DNA from: Microgenomates group bacterium Gr01-1014_7
Lineage (GTDB): Bacteria; Patescibacteriota; Microgenomatia; Daviesbacterales; UBA10151
DNA: 64,000 nucleotides
Direction of reading: 5' to 3'
Assembly (NCBI GenBank): GCA_007376405.1
Contig: VMGD01000004.1
Coordinates: 8,960-72,959, forward strand
The stretch's first letter is position 1. Every line of letters begins with the position of its first letter. The notes under the pieces were generated by a model. That model had not been told where the DNA came from. It made no database searches and was given only the letters and a program-made list of their open reading frames with translations. The position numbers and the translations under genes are program-made. Below are positions 8,503 through 18,132 of the stretch, one piece after another.

Positions 8503-9720
8503 ATGCCGGTTTTAGAACTCGAAAGATATTTACCAACTTCAATACAATCTGCCGAAATTGCTACTCCACAGCTTGTTGTAGTACCAGAAATAAATACTTC
8601 AGAGCTCGAAAATGACTTAGATGAAGTGGATAAACTCCAAAGAGAATTTAATAGAGCCTTAGGCATTGATACTGATGGAGAAGGTATAAAAAATTACAAT
8701 CCTGTTTTGGCAAGGTGGAGATACGAGAAACTTACAACTGATGAGCAAAGGCTGCAGTTTAGAGAACATGAAACAAAGCAGGTAGAGACTGCTTTAAGGG
8801 AAAGGCATGATAGCGCGGAAAGTAGTCTAATATATACAATTGATGAAAATCAAAGACTAAGAAATAGTAAGATTTTTCCTACAGAACCGTTTGCTCAAGG
8901 TATACAAAGAGGTGTTTTGTATCTCAGGCGACAAGGTTCCCCGGATTCTGAACGCGAAGAGAAAGAGGTGGAAGGGTTTCTAAAAGTGGAGCGGGCGATG
9001 GTTAATCCGGAAACTCCGATTAACACAAAAATGATGGTTATTTCTCCTCCAAGTAGACTCAACGGCTCAATTTATGTGAAAAATTTTGTAGATTTTTATG
9101 AACTGGCGGAGGTTAATGGAAAAAGAGTGGTTAAAATGACCAGGTTTGCCTCAAGTGCCAGCTATGGAGAGGCAACTGATGCTTATCTTCTCTCTCATCC
9201 AACCAGAATAGATCCTGACAACAGAAGTGTTCATGATGTGTTTAGGGATAGATTTGAAGGTAAAAAAGATGCTTTGGAAGAAAATAGAATGCAAGAGGTT
9301 TTAACAGGTAGCAAAGGACGCATCAGGTTCTTTATTGACGCTTTATGTCAAGGCATAGCTGATGCTGAAAGTATTGCCGTTGCCTTGAATGCTGTATTAA
9401 ATGGAGCAGATTTAATCAAAAAAGGATTTAACAGCTTTAAAGAAAAAATAGTGCTGCCTGTTTTTAGAAGCATCAGAGAAGAAATAGACTGGCTGGGGAG
9501 GCTGCCGGTTGAGGCAATTGCCGCAGCATGCGGTATATCCGGGGGGTTTGGCATAAGAGGGAAAGGTATTAAGTCAATTAGCAGTATTATTTCAACTGGC
9601 TTTTCATCTGTAAACATAGAAGGTGCTGATTATCAGCTTGGTAGCTGCGTTGTTTGTAAAAGGGGGAATGTATGGATTGGGGGATGTAGTATTTGCACAA
9701 GCTGTGAAGAAAATATGTGA
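8503..9720 (+). CDS. hypothetical protein with C-terminal Cys-cluster zinc ribbon
   Basis: 405-aa ORF with an RBS context. The C-terminus carries GSCVVCKRGNVWIGGCSICTSCE. Confidence 0.5.
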   Translation: MPVLELERYLPTSIQSAEIATPQLVVVPEINTSELENDLDEVDKLQREFNRALGIDTDGEGIKNYNPVLARWRYEKLTTDEQRLQFREHETKQVETALRERHDSAESSLIYTIDENQRLRNSKIFPTEPFAQGIQRGVLYLRRQGSPDSEREEKEVEGFLKVERAMVNPETPINTKMMVISPPSRLNGSIYVKNFVDFYELAEVNGKRVVKMTRFASSASYGEATDAYLLSHPTRIDPDNRSVHDVFRDRFEGKKDALEENRMQEVLTGSKGRIRFFIDALCQGIADAESIAVALNAVLNGADLIKKGFNSFKEKIVLPVFRSIREEIDWLGRLPVEAIAAACGISGGFGIRGKGIKSISSIISTGFSSVNIEGADYQLGSCVVCKRGNVWIGGCSICTSCEENM

Positions 9721-9958
9721 GGATTCCAGCCCTATTGACACCAATATTTTGGTATACGCTCATATCAAATTTTCTCCAGGCTTTCCCGGCAAAATAAGAT
9801 TAAAACTTGGGATATAGCCAGAGTAATTAAATAACTTTAGCCTTAAATTTATCAGGATTTTATAACGCAACGCGTTACAAGAAGCGTCGCGATGTAATCG
9901 CAAGTGATTATAAGAATTATATCAAGCAAGAATAGTGACTGGTTACGGAATTGATGTG

Positions 9959-9990
9959 TTGACAACGAGTAATACAATGGTATAATTGTA
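9959..9990 (+). promoter_or_regulatory. sigma70-type promoter with overlapping palindromic operator
   Basis: TTGACA at 9959-9964, a 16-nt spacer, then TATAAT at 9981-9986. A 10-bp perfect inverted repeat GTAATACAAT/ATTGTATTAC spans the -10 element. Confidence 0.55.
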
Positions 9991-9996
9991 TTACTT

Positions 9997-10242
9997 ATGA
10001 ATTACATAACTACTAATATTAGAATTCCTGAAGAAGATTATTTAAGGTTAAAGATAGAGGCTGCAAGGCAACGCAAGAGTTTAGCCGGAGTAATCAGAGA
10101 AAAAATAGGGGAGGGGAAAATTAAAAAAACATCTCCCGAGGCCTTGATGGCACGTATCAGAAGGCATGCTCACGAAAATGCCAAGTATCTTAAGGGCTTT
10201 GATTCTCTGAAGGCTTTAAGAGAAATTCGAGATGAAAACTGA
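9997..10242 (+). CDS. vapB: VapB-type antitoxin (ribbon-helix-helix/AbrB-like)
   Basis: 81-aa product. Its stop overlaps the start of the PIN gene (ATGA). Confidence 0.6.
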   Translation: MNYITTNIRIPEEDYLRLKIEAARQRKSLAGVIREKIGEGKIKKTSPEALMARIRRHAHENAKYLKGFDSLKALREIRDEN

Positions 10243-10658
10243 TGATAATTATTGACAGTTCAGTGGCCTTTAAATGGTTTAGTCAAGAAGATGAAGGAGA
10301 TATAGATAAGGCTTTAGAGATTTTAGATTTACATCTTCAAAAGAAAGAAATAATTACAGTTCCAGATCTAATTATCTACGAACTCGCAAATGTCTGGGCC
10401 ACTAAGTCCAATCTTCCATTGAAAAGAAGTAAAGTGTTTCTAAAAGATTTTCAAAATAGTCAGTTCGTAATTGAGCAGATTAGTTTTGAATTAATAAATA
10501 AGGCTATGACTTTTTCTAAAAAATACAAGGTTTCTGTATATGATACCATTTATGCAGTTTTAGCAAAAGAAAAGAAGTGTTTACTAATTACAGCTGATGA
10601 GAAGTTTGTAGAAAAGATAAATCTTCCTTTTGTCAAGCTGTTGCAAGAATATAAATAG
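10242..10658 (+). CDS. vapC: PIN-domain ribonuclease toxin VapC
   Basis: MIIIDSSV.. and the conserved acidic residues of a PIN domain (D6, E.., D.., TAD). 138 aa. Confidence 0.8.
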   Translation: MIIIDSSVAFKWFSQEDEGDIDKALEILDLHLQKKEIITVPDLIIYELANVWATKSNLPLKRSKVFLKDFQNSQFVIEQISFELINKAMTFSKKYKVSVYDTIYAVLAKEKKCLLITADEKFVEKINLPFVKLLQEYK

Positions 10659-10668
10659 CCTCAGATTC

Positions 10669-10701
10669 GTCAGGATTTTGTAAGTATTAAATCAAGCACT
10701 T
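10669..10701 (+). repeat. conserved 33-nt intergenic motif (copy A)
   Basis: GTCAGGATTTTGTAAGTATTAAATCAAGCACTT matches 20484-20516 at 31 of 33 positions. Confidence 0.6.
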
Positions 10702-10773
10702 GTTTACAAAAAATACAAATGTTTGACTTTAAGTTTGGTAGGTGATACCATTAACCTATAGCTAAGTATATCC

Positions 10774-11679
10774 ATGACTATTAAACCGATTCACAAAATT
10801 TTTCCTAAAATTGAAGCTGTGTCCAAAAGAAAAAGAAATAGAGTTGGCATTGGTATTTTGCGTGATTCGGAGGAGGTTAGAAAATCACTTAAAAAGGGTT
10901 CTGAACATGCGGATATAATTGTAGTTAGTAAACACAAAATCAAAGGATTCGAAACTGTTGCTTTAGGAGAAGTTTCTGAGACAGAATATTCAAAAGCTTT
11001 AATTAAACTGCTGGAGGACGGAAAAGTTGACGCTATTGTTAGAGGGCAGGTTAAATACGGAGAATTTGAAAAGACATTCAAGGCAAAATTTGGGTTTGTC
11101 TCAGACATTGGAATGTTGGCTTTAATGCAGGATATCTTTGGCAGGCAGTGGTTTTATACCAGCGCTGACCCTTTTGATAAAAGTGAAGTCCCAGAACACA
11201 AGATTGATCTTATTGAAAAAAGTGTTCGTTATATGGAACTATATGGGATTAAGGCTAAAATTGGTGTTTTGGCAGGAGATTTTACATTTGATCGAGGAGA
11301 AAGCGCCTGGATAGATCAAACAATTCACAACGGCGAATATATAGTCAAGGTATTATCTGATGAAGGGTATGATATTAAAAATTATGCTCATTTAATTAAT
11401 GAGGCTGTTGATAATTCTAACTTAATTGTTTTTATTAATGGTTCTCAAGGTAATTTTGTATACAGGTCTCTTTATCAATTCGGGGGAGCTTTAGAAATGG
11501 GTGCTTTTGTGTTTGTACCTACTCCTTACATAGAATCTTCCAGGTATCATTTTAAATATGATGCCCATATTATTGAAGCTAATGCAGAAGTAAATTTACT
11601 CCGAACAGGAGTAAATAAAGTTTATGATCCTAAATCTGACCCCAAGAAAAAATGGAGTAAACATAGGGTGATTATATGA
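10774..11679 (+). CDS. phosphate acetyl/butyryl-transferase (PTA_PTB)-like protein
   Basis: Motifs VDAIVRGQV, KIGVLAGDFT and SNLIVFINGSQGNFVYRSLYQFGGA resemble the PTA/PTB fold. Confidence 0.45.
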   Translation: MTIKPIHKIFPKIEAVSKRKRNRVGIGILRDSEEVRKSLKKGSEHADIIVVSKHKIKGFETVALGEVSETEYSKALIKLLEDGKVDAIVRGQVKYGEFEKTFKAKFGFVSDIGMLALMQDIFGRQWFYTSADPFDKSEVPEHKIDLIEKSVRYMELYGIKAKIGVLAGDFTFDRGESAWIDQTIHNGEYIVKVLSDEGYDIKNYAHLINEAVDNSNLIVFINGSQGNFVYRSLYQFGGALEMGAFVFVPTPYIESSRYHFKYDAHIIEANAEVNLLRTGVNKVYDPKSDPKKKWSKHRVII

Positions 11680-13370
11680 GTGAAACAGCAGTTGCAGAAA
11701 GACCATTAACACATTTTCAGCCGGATAAAGCATTCTCTTCGGAAACCAGAGGATTTGAGCAAACAGAATTTGTAGTTGATCCCAGCTCTGGTCTAATTAT
11801 AAAGGCGGGCAATGCACGAGATGTAACAGCCTGGATCGAAGGAGAAAGAGGAAGAGCCACCGCGGAAAGACCAGTTGATATTAGTGTGGTTCGAGGTGGA
11901 GTTATGCTTCCGGGTTTTGTTGATGCACATGCTCATCCATTTCTTTTTAGTGGGATAGAACTTCCAAATCCTACTGATGTTTCAGGAGCTGAAACTAAAG
12001 AGCAGTTAATTGCTATATTAAAAAAGGCTGTTAATGATAAAGAACCAGGCAAGTTTGTAGTAGCCCAAGGCTTTGATACATCTAAAATAAAAAATTTAAC
12101 TAGAAGGGATCTAGATGAAGTTTCTCCCCATCATAAAATTGTAGTTTATGATCCTTCTTACCATGGTTGTGTTGTCAATTCTAAAGCTTTTGATGAAGTT
12201 GAAAGATACGGGAAAGATTATGAACGTAAAACAGGAAAGCTTCGTGGGGTTAAACAAGCTAACGGACACTTAAAAGAATCCTGGGTCTATATGACCTTTG
12301 AATTAATCGAGGCAGAAGAATCAGTTGAAAGGTTAGTTGAAGCAACCAGAGCAACCTTTGAAGATCATTTAACCAGAGGTATTACTACTATTCAGGACTT
12401 GGAACTTGGTACGTATCAGGAAGTTATTGCCTATTTTATGTTGCGACAAGAGATGGGAGATAAAATCCCGGTAAGTGAGATTTATCTGCAACCCAGAACT
12501 CTAAGGTATGTTTTATCGCAAATTGAAGATTTACGAGGGAGAGGGCTGGTTTCGGGTGAAGATGATATCCAAAGCCTCATTAAAGAGAGAGTTTTGGGAA
12601 TTAAACTTTATGCTGATGGCTCATTTGGAACTCATACAGCTTTGATTGACGAGCCTTATGAAGATACCCATGGTCATGGATTCACTTTCTATACCAATAG
12701 AATGTTTGATGATGCAATTAGATTAGCAAAAGAGATGGGTGTTGAAAATATTGGTGTCCATGCGATTGGTGATAGGGGAATTCAAAGAGCAGTTAATACA
12801 GCCAAAAAATGGCGGGTACTGGCAGAAAAGGCTCATTTAGATCCAACTAGATTTAGAATAGAACATTATGAAATGCCAACTGCAGAAATTAACAGACAAG
12901 TTGCGGAACTTGGTATTTGGGCAGTTCCCCAACCAAATTTTATAGCAGATGATTTGATTTATTCTGATAGAGTTGGAGAAAGAATTCGAATGATCTGTCC
13001 TCATAAAGACATTCTTAATCAGGGAGTTCCGATGATGCTGGGATCAGACAGTATGCCTACTTCTGCACTTTTTGGTATTTTTATGGCAACTCATGCACCG
13101 GAGGTTTCTCAAAGACTAACTTTTGCTGAAGCTCTATTAGCTTATACATTGGCTTCAGGAAGATATGAAGGCAAAGCAAGAGGTGAACTAAAAGAGGGGC
13201 AGCAAGCAGATATAGTTGTTCTGGATCAAAAAGGAGTTGATCAAGTCTTGGAAGGCGGACCACTTGGGACTAGTGACAAAATTGATTCAGGAGAAGTTAG
13301 AGCAGCGCTTGATGCCAATGTTCAAAGAGTTTTCCGCCTGGGTGAAGAAGTACACCGCAGGTCTGCTTAA
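11676..13370 (+). CDS. metal-dependent amidohydrolase (Amidohydro_3/YtcJ-like)
   Basis: PGFVDAHAHPF metal-binding motif in a 564-aa product. Its start overlaps the upstream stop. Confidence 0.7.
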   Translation: MSETAVAERPLTHFQPDKAFSSETRGFEQTEFVVDPSSGLIIKAGNARDVTAWIEGERGRATAERPVDISVVRGGVMLPGFVDAHAHPFLFSGIELPNPTDVSGAETKEQLIAILKKAVNDKEPGKFVVAQGFDTSKIKNLTRRDLDEVSPHHKIVVYDPSYHGCVVNSKAFDEVERYGKDYERKTGKLRGVKQANGHLKESWVYMTFELIEAEESVERLVEATRATFEDHLTRGITTIQDLELGTYQEVIAYFMLRQEMGDKIPVSEIYLQPRTLRYVLSQIEDLRGRGLVSGEDDIQSLIKERVLGIKLYADGSFGTHTALIDEPYEDTHGHGFTFYTNRMFDDAIRLAKEMGVENIGVHAIGDRGIQRAVNTAKKWRVLAEKAHLDPTRFRIEHYEMPTAEINRQVAELGIWAVPQPNFIADDLIYSDRVGERIRMICPHKDILNQGVPMMLGSDSMPTSALFGIFMATHAPEVSQRLTFAEALLAYTLASGRYEGKARGELKEGQQADIVVLDQKGVDQVLEGGPLGTSDKIDSGEVRAALDANVQRVFRLGEEVHRRSA

Positions 13371-13387
13371 GGTTATACTTAGGGCAA

Positions 13388-14716
13388 ATGAAATTTTTAG
13401 CCAACCGAGTTTCCGGGACTGAAGGATGCATTTTTGCTCTTTCTCTTATCCAAGAGGTAGTTAAAACCTGCAATCAAAGAAATAAATATTACTACACTTT
13501 TTATGCCACAGACATCAATACTATTACCAACCAATGTGGTGAGTGGATAAGAGAGGATGAAAACAAAAGTATTGCCCAGCAAATCATGAGTGATGCTAAA
13601 TTAGATAATCTAAATTATTTTAAAAAACTGGAGAAAACAGTTAAAAAAGAAGCTTTGGAATTTAAAAAATACTCGATAAATCTTTTAGGCCAACTCTCTC
13701 CTACTATCTCTGATAAAAAGCTTATTCAAAGTTACAATAGGTTTATCAAAAAATATATTTACTATTATGGACCAGGAATTATAACATTTTTGTATGAATC
13801 AATTATTTCAGATTGGTTATATTTATCTTTATCAAAAAAATATGGAAATGCCACTGAAATTATAAGTAAGCTTCTGCAATCAGATTATCAAAGCTTTTTA
13901 ATGGTTTCAGAGAAGCTGCTTAAAGAAAAACAAATTAAAAAATATCTTAAAGATTTTTTCTTTATGGGTACTACTTACTTTGATGCTCCCATACTTGATG
14001 AGGCCCAAGTTTTAGAAAAAGCAAAAGAGTTGGATGAACATAAAATAAAAACCGAAAGTGTACAAAACCTTAAATTCAAGCTTGATGAGGAAGAGGTGAT
14101 TATAGCAAAGCTTCTAAAAATATCTGCTGTTATAAGAGACTTGAGAAAATATACCAATCTAATTGGAGGATATACCATATTCAGATTTTTGGATGAGGCA
14201 GTTAGAAGAAAAAAGATAAATAGAAATTTAGCAAAAAGAATGTTTTGGTTTGAATTTGAAAAGCTGTTTTTAAATCCTAAAGAAATGCTTCAAACTCTGC
14301 ATAAAAGAAAATTTGTTTCCATTGTTTTTTCGCATGGAAAGGTGAACTATTTTGAGAAAAAAGTCTTGCAAGATAAAACAAAATTTTCATTTAAGGGAAT
14401 TTTAAAGGGCACGCCTGCTTCCAAGGGCACTATTTCCGGAATAGTAAAAATAGTTATGGCCCAAAAAGATTTTCCAGGGTTTAAAAAAGGGCAAATTCTG
14501 GTTGCGGAAATGACCAGGCCGGATTATTTACCTGTAATGAGAAAGGCTGCAGCTATCATTACAGACGAGGGAGGGTTAACCTGTCATGCTGCAATTGTAG
14601 CCAGAGAGCTGGGGATTCCCTGTATTGTGGGGACAAGGATTGCAACCCGGAGTTTAAAAAACGGAGATAAAATCAATTTGGATGCTGAAAAAGGTACAAT
14701 TAGGGTAATTTCATGA
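13388..14716 (+). CDS. PEP-utilizer phosphohistidine (swivel) domain protein, paralog 1
   Basis: C-terminal ..AIITDEGGLTCHAAIVARELGIPCIVGT.. matches the PEP-utilizers mobile domain. The N-terminal ~340 aa are a helical domain of unknown function. Confidence 0.7.
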   Translation: MKFLANRVSGTEGCIFALSLIQEVVKTCNQRNKYYYTFYATDINTITNQCGEWIREDENKSIAQQIMSDAKLDNLNYFKKLEKTVKKEALEFKKYSINLLGQLSPTISDKKLIQSYNRFIKKYIYYYGPGIITFLYESIISDWLYLSLSKKYGNATEIISKLLQSDYQSFLMVSEKLLKEKQIKKYLKDFFFMGTTYFDAPILDEAQVLEKAKELDEHKIKTESVQNLKFKLDEEEVIIAKLLKISAVIRDLRKYTNLIGGYTIFRFLDEAVRRKKINRNLAKRMFWFEFEKLFLNPKEMLQTLHKRKFVSIVFSHGKVNYFEKKVLQDKTKFSFKGILKGTPASKGTISGIVKIVMAQKDFPGFKKGQILVAEMTRPDYLPVMRKAAAIITDEGGLTCHAAIVARELGIPCIVGTRIATRSLKNGDKINLDAEKGTIRVIS

Positions 14717-14811
14717 TTAAACATAAGTTTTTGGAGTCTTTCAAAAAGAATAGGCCTCTCTTTTGATATAATATAGGTGTAATTTGTTCTGTTCAAACAA
14801 GAAATTAAATT

Positions 14812-15270
14812 ATGAAAATGGAATTAAGAAATTTGATTGAGGATTATCTTAAAAAAGCAAAAATGCTTCAGGTTGCTACGGCCAAAGAAAATCAGTCTTG
14901 GGCTTGTACTGTCTATTTTGCCTTTGATGAGAAATTAAATATTTATTGGATCTCTGAACCCACTCGTCGTCACTCAGAGGAAATAAGAAACAACGACAAA
15001 GTTGCCGGAGTAATTGTTCTTCCACATACACCCGGAGACAAAGTACGAGGAATTCAATTTCAAGGAACTGCAAGAGAGCTAACCGATAGAGATGAGGCAG
15101 TCGCAGGTATGAAGTATTATACAGAGCGTTTTGGTATGGAATCAAAGCGTGTAAATACGATTCTTGATGGTACAGATGGTCACGTTTGTTACAAAATTAC
15201 TCCAAGCCTTTACGTCCTATTCGATGAGGCAAATTTCCCAGATAATCCAAGACAGGAGTATAAACTATGA
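14812..15270 (+). CDS. pyridoxamine 5'-phosphate oxidase-like FMN-binding protein
   Basis: ..MLQVATAKENQSWACTVYFAFDEKLNIYWISEPTRRHSEEI.. is typical of the PNPOx-like split-barrel fold. Confidence 0.6.
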   Translation: MKMELRNLIEDYLKKAKMLQVATAKENQSWACTVYFAFDEKLNIYWISEPTRRHSEEIRNNDKVAGVIVLPHTPGDKVRGIQFQGTARELTDRDEAVAGMKYYTERFGMESKRVNTILDGTDGHVCYKITPSLYVLFDEANFPDNPRQEYKL

Positions 15271-16004
15271 AATTAAAAGATAAAGTTGTTCTTGTAACTG
15301 GAGGTAGTAGTGGAATCGGCAAAGCTATTGTTATGGCCTTCGCTAATGAAGGTTGTAATATAGTTTTTACATATAACTCGAAGAAAAAAGAATCAGAAGA
15401 TATTGTTAAAGAAGTTGAACAGCTAGGAATTAAAACATTAGCGGTCAAAGTCGATATGCACTCAGAGGAAGATATCCAAAAACTTTTTGACCAAATTAAA
15501 GAGAAATTTAAAACTTTGGATATTTTAGTTAATAGCGCAGGAATAAATAGACCAAGAGATCTTTTTGATCTTAAGGTTTGGAGAGAAGTTTTTGAAATTA
15601 ATTTGTTTTCAGTTGTCCTTTGTACTGAAAAAGCTGTGGGGTTAATGGAAAATGGAGGTAAGATTCTTAACGTTTCCTCAATTTATGCTGAAGGAAAAGC
15701 TTGTTGGAAAGGCCTTCCTGCTTATGGAGCATCGAAAGCTGCAATAAGCCATTTTACACAAACTCTGGCGAAAAACTTAGCACCTAAAATTTTAGTAAAT
15801 GCAATTGCACCAGGGTATGTAAAAACTCCGCTCTGGATAGACACAACTGAAGAAGATTTTGAAAATAGTGGTAAAGAACAATTAATTAAAAGGATGATTA
15901 TGCCTGAAGAAATTGCTGAAATGGCTGTCGCAATTGTTAAAAACGATGCCATGACAGGTGAAGTTGTTGTGATCGATGGTGGGATAAGTCTAAAAACGGT
16001 TTAG
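15267..16004 (+). CDS. short-chain dehydrogenase/reductase (FabG-like)
   Basis: VLVTGGSSGIGKAI Rossmann motif, NSAG, and YGASKAA (YxxxK). Confidence 0.85.
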   Translation: MKLKDKVVLVTGGSSGIGKAIVMAFANEGCNIVFTYNSKKKESEDIVKEVEQLGIKTLAVKVDMHSEEDIQKLFDQIKEKFKTLDILVNSAGINRPRDLFDLKVWREVFEINLFSVVLCTEKAVGLMENGGKILNVSSIYAEGKACWKGLPAYGASKAAISHFTQTLAKNLAPKILVNAIAPGYVKTPLWIDTTEEDFENSGKEQLIKRMIMPEEIAEMAVAIVKNDAMTGEVVVIDGGISLKTV

Positions 16005-16084
16005 ATTTGAATAGACCTCACATTATAAACTCTACCCGATACTTTGGAGAAAAAGATATATTTGTTGCTCCTGTTTTATACCAA

Positions 16085-16519
16085 TTAGTGTCCCAACAAG
16101 ATGTCATTCCGAGCGATTAGCGAGGAATCTTCCACGATAGGATTAAATAATATTTCCATATAAATCCTTAAGCTCCGGATTAAATTCTATAATTAATTTA
16201 TCTTTCTTTTTTCTTGACCAGCCCTTAATCTGTTTTTCTCTTTCTATGGCAGAGTTTGGGTCTTCAAATACTTCAAAATATAAAAGATCATGGAGGGAAT
16301 ATCTTTTGGTAAAGCCATCAGCTAAATTATTTTTATGCTCGTATATTCTTTTTACTAAATTACCTGTTACTCCTGTATATAGAGTTGTTCTTCTGAAATT
16401 ACTTAAAATGTAGACAAAGTAATACCTGGGAGCCATATAAATCATTATACTGGAAGATTGCCACGTCAGTCGCTTCGCTCCTTCCTCGCAATGACAATTC
16501 TTATACTTTAGTGTCCCAA
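16085..16519. mobile_element. GIY-YIG gene cassette flanked by imperfect inverted repeats and an 11-12 bp direct repeat
   Basis: Direct repeat TTAGTGTCCCAA at 16085-16096 and 16508-16519. The inward-facing inverted repeats are TGTCATTCCGAGCG at 16103-16116 and, on the reverse strand, TGTCATTGCGAGG at 16477-16489. Both flanks also share ..AATCTTCCA. Confidence 0.4.
16143..16445 (-). CDS. GIY-YIG nuclease family protein (UPF0213-like)
   Basis: YYFVYILSNFRRTTLYTGVTGNLVKRIYEHK matches the GIY-YIG motif. Confidence 0.75.
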   Translation of the reverse strand: MIYMAPRYYFVYILSNFRRTTLYTGVTGNLVKRIYEHKNNLADGFTKRYSLHDLLYFEVFEDPNSAIEREKQIKGWSRKKKDKLIIEFNPELKDLYGNII

Positions 16520-16701
16520 ATCTTAAAAATCTGTGCCTAAAACCCCCTCCTTATCATAAATGGATGCTAATGAACTACCCCACAGCAAGCTGACGGGGTA
16601 TAATAAACAAATTAACCTAATTTCTAATTGACCTAAATAATTTAAAATTTAGTCATTGGGATTTGTTTAAAAATTAGTAATTAGAAATTAGAAATTTAAA
16701 T

Positions 16702-18132
16702 ATGGACATTAAACAAAAATTTGTAGAAGCATTCAAAAGAATCTGGTATATACAGGGCTTTAATGCTTATCCCCTGTTTTTAAACAGGGCCGGGATTAGC
16801 GGGTTTGAAATGGAGAAAGTTTTAGGCTATGGCTACTCCATTATACTTAATAGTTACAGAAACGGTTATTGTGAAATGCATTATTTAAGCGCTGATTTAA
16901 AAAGAATTTGGGAAAGGGTAAAAGAAAACCTTAAAAAAGATTCAAAATATGTTGAAAAAATTGCCAGCAAATACTTTAAGATTTTTGAAAAACACGAGAA
17001 ATTATTCAAGCAAATGGATAAACTTAATTTAAGCAAATTAGAAGAGCCAGAATTAATTCAGTTGCTCAAAAACTGCTCCCAAGCCTCAATTGATGCTGTT
17101 GGAGTGGCTCACATTGTTGACCCGATTGGCATTGGCAGTGAAGTAGAATTTAAACAAAAACTGCTTTCGGAAATTAAAAATAAGGATAAATTCAATGAAT
17201 ATTTCTCAATTTTAACCACCCCTTTGAAACTGTCTTTCCTGGGCCGGGAAGAGGAAGATTTGCGAAAAATTGGAAACTTAACCGGGATAAAAAGAAAAAA
17301 AGCGCTAAAGCTCCATTTAAAAAAATATTCCTGGGTAAATAACAGCTATGCCGGGCCAACTGAAATTACTTTAACAAGTTTGTCAAGACGTTTGAATTTA
17401 TTGAATAAAGAAAAAGTAAAACCTAAACTCCTTAAAACTGAACTGATAAATGAGCTATCCTTAAGCAAAGAGATAAAAGATTTAATTGCAGTAATTGACT
17501 TTTCAACCATCTGGCAGGACAGGAGGAAAAAGAATGTCCTAATTTCTATCTCTTATTTTAGTAAAGTGCTGGAGGAAGTAAGCAAAAGAATAAGCATCCC
17601 TTCCAAATTACTTTATTTTTTTGGAATTGAAGATTTTAACAGCATAAATAGTTTTAAAGATATAAAAAAGTTTAAGGGGGAGCTGGAAGAAAGAACGAAG
17701 GGAGTATTTTTCCTGCTTGATCAGGGGCAAGAATTTGAAGTTTGCGGGCAAGATTATCAAACTCTTTATAAAATTTATAGTGAGGTTGAAAAAGGGCAGA
17801 GCAGACCAGTAGAAGACATACATGGATCAGTTGCCAACAGGGGTACAGCACTTGGCAAAGTTGTAATATGTAAAGATTTAGAGTCAATTCAAAAAGTAGA
17901 GACAGGTAATGTGATTGTAGCCTCAATGACCAGACCTGAATTTATGCCGGCTTTAAAAAAAGCTTCTGCTATTGTAACTGATGAGGGAGGGGTAACATGT
18001 CATGCCGCGATTCTATCAAGAGAACTGGGCATTCCCGCAATTATTGGCACTAAAATTGCCACCAGGATTTTACGGGACGGGATGAAAGTGGAGGTAAGGG
18101 CAAACCATGGAATTGTCAGAATCATTAGCTGA
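16702..18132 (+). CDS. PEP-utilizer phosphohistidine (swivel) domain protein, paralog 2
   Basis: C-terminal ..AIVTDEGGVTCHAAILSRELGIPAIIGT.. Confidence 0.7.
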   Translation: MDIKQKFVEAFKRIWYIQGFNAYPLFLNRAGISGFEMEKVLGYGYSIILNSYRNGYCEMHYLSADLKRIWERVKENLKKDSKYVEKIASKYFKIFEKHEKLFKQMDKLNLSKLEEPELIQLLKNCSQASIDAVGVAHIVDPIGIGSEVEFKQKLLSEIKNKDKFNEYFSILTTPLKLSFLGREEEDLRKIGNLTGIKRKKALKLHLKKYSWVNNSYAGPTEITLTSLSRRLNLLNKEKVKPKLLKTELINELSLSKEIKDLIAVIDFSTIWQDRRKKNVLISISYFSKVLEEVSKRISIPSKLLYFFGIEDFNSINSFKDIKKFKGELEERTKGVFFLLDQGQEFEVCGQDYQTLYKIYSEVEKGQSRPVEDIHGSVANRGTALGKVVICKDLESIQKVETGNVIVASMTRPEFMPALKKASAIVTDEGGVTCHAAILSRELGIPAIIGTKIATRILRDGMKVEVRANHGIVRIIS

